Shown one piece after another: positions 9,598 to 10,793 of a stretch of 10,793 bases of DNA. Source of the stretch: an uncultured Gemmatimonadota bacterium (GTDB lineage Bacteria; SM23-81); NCBI GenBank assembly GCA_964584035.1, contig CAZOYL010000091.1, positions 1 through 10,793 of the forward strand, in the 5' to 3' direction. The notes beneath the pieces are model-generated. The model was not told the origin of the DNA. It made no database searches and was given only the letters and a program-made list of their open reading frames with translations. Made by a program: the position numbers and the translations under genes. How positions within the stretch are numbered: position 1 is the stretch's first letter; every line of letters starts with the position of its first letter.

Positions 9598-10068
9598 ATG
9601 GCGATCATGAGGTGGAGACCATGGGGAGACCAGGGCGGCATGAACCTGGTCGGCATCCAGGACGAGATGAACCGGCTGTTCGACGATTTTTTCGGCCGGT
9701 CTCCTTTCGAACGAGCCCTGGACAGAGGTGCCGAGGGCCGCTGGGCTCCGGCAGTGGATATCTCCGAGAACGATGAGCATCTCTATGTCGACGTCGAGAT
9801 CCCGGGGATGAAGAAGGAAGACATCAAGGTCTCGCTGGAGCACAACGTGCTCAGCCTGAAGGGCGAGAAAAAGCAGGAGAAGGAGGTCAAGGACGAGAAT
9901 TACCATCGCTGGGAGCGGCGCTATGGCTCCTTCGCCCGGGCCTTCGAGCTGCCCATACCCGTTCAGGCCGACAAGATCAAGGCCTCTTACAAACACGGCG
10001 TGCTGCACATCGAGCTGCCCAAGGCCGAAGAGGTCAAGCCCAGGGAGATCCCCATCGAGGTGAAGTGA
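9598..10068 (+). CDS. Small heat shock protein (Hsp20/alpha-crystallin family), copy 2
   Basis: IQDEMNRLFDDFF N-terminal helix, ERRYGSFARAFELP, ASYKHGVLHIELPK, IPI motif. RBS GGAGGTG at 9584-9590. Confidence 0.97.
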   Translation: MAIMRWRPWGDQGGMNLVGIQDEMNRLFDDFFGRSPFERALDRGAEGRWAPAVDISENDEHLYVDVEIPGMKKEDIKVSLEHNVLSLKGEKKQEKEVKDENYHRWERRYGSFARAFELPIPVQADKIKASYKHGVLHIELPKAEEVKPREIPIEVK

Positions 10069-10218
10069 CTCAGACGGCACCGACAACACGCGATGACCTG
10101 AAGGCAGGCAGGGGTTTCCTTCCCCCCGAAGGATACAAACGCAGGGCGGCAGAAGGATCCCTGCCTGTTGCCGTATCGAAGCAAGGACCTGACGAACAGG
10201 TTGTTTGATATACTGTGA

Positions 10219-10793
<575 letters not shown>

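Larger units (their letters stand above)
9030..10068 (+). repeat. Tandem gene duplication of hsp20 including its ribosome-binding region
   Basis: AACAGT..GGAGGTGAAC..AGATGGCGATCAT precedes both genes. Long identical nucleotide runs are shared, e.g. GTCGAGATCCCGGGGATGAAGAAGGA and CACAACGTGCTCAGCCTGAAGGGCGAGAA. Confidence 0.9.

Overview
GC-rich bacterial chromosomal window from a diderm organism, probably an FCB-group or related candidate phylum (LolA, a T9SS/FlgD-like C-terminal domain, and the diderm-type DnaK insert). All genes are on the + strand, in two blocks. Block 1 (1-8716) is a tightly packed, probably co-transcribed run: ftsK 3' end, lolA, a secreted 7-blade SBBP beta-propeller protein, rimO, a sigma-54 enhancer-binding protein with a degenerate receiver domain, a long-chain acyl-CoA ligase, and a stand-alone thioester/fatty acyl-CoA reductase-type SDR. 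Block 2 (9055 to the window end) is a chaperone cluster: hsp20, hsp20, dnaK (partial, missed by the ORF track). The AT-rich spacer between them (8717-9054) holds a complete sigma-54 promoter architecture: a consensus -24/-12 box, two IHF-like sites and four related palindromic enhancer-like boxes. I saw no CIRCE, HAIR or CtsR operator. The most interesting signal is an apparently sigma-54/enhancer-driven sHSP-DnaK operon, possibly activated by the nearby atypical orphan regulator; that link is a hypothesis. All calls come from motif recognition by eye; no database searches were run.
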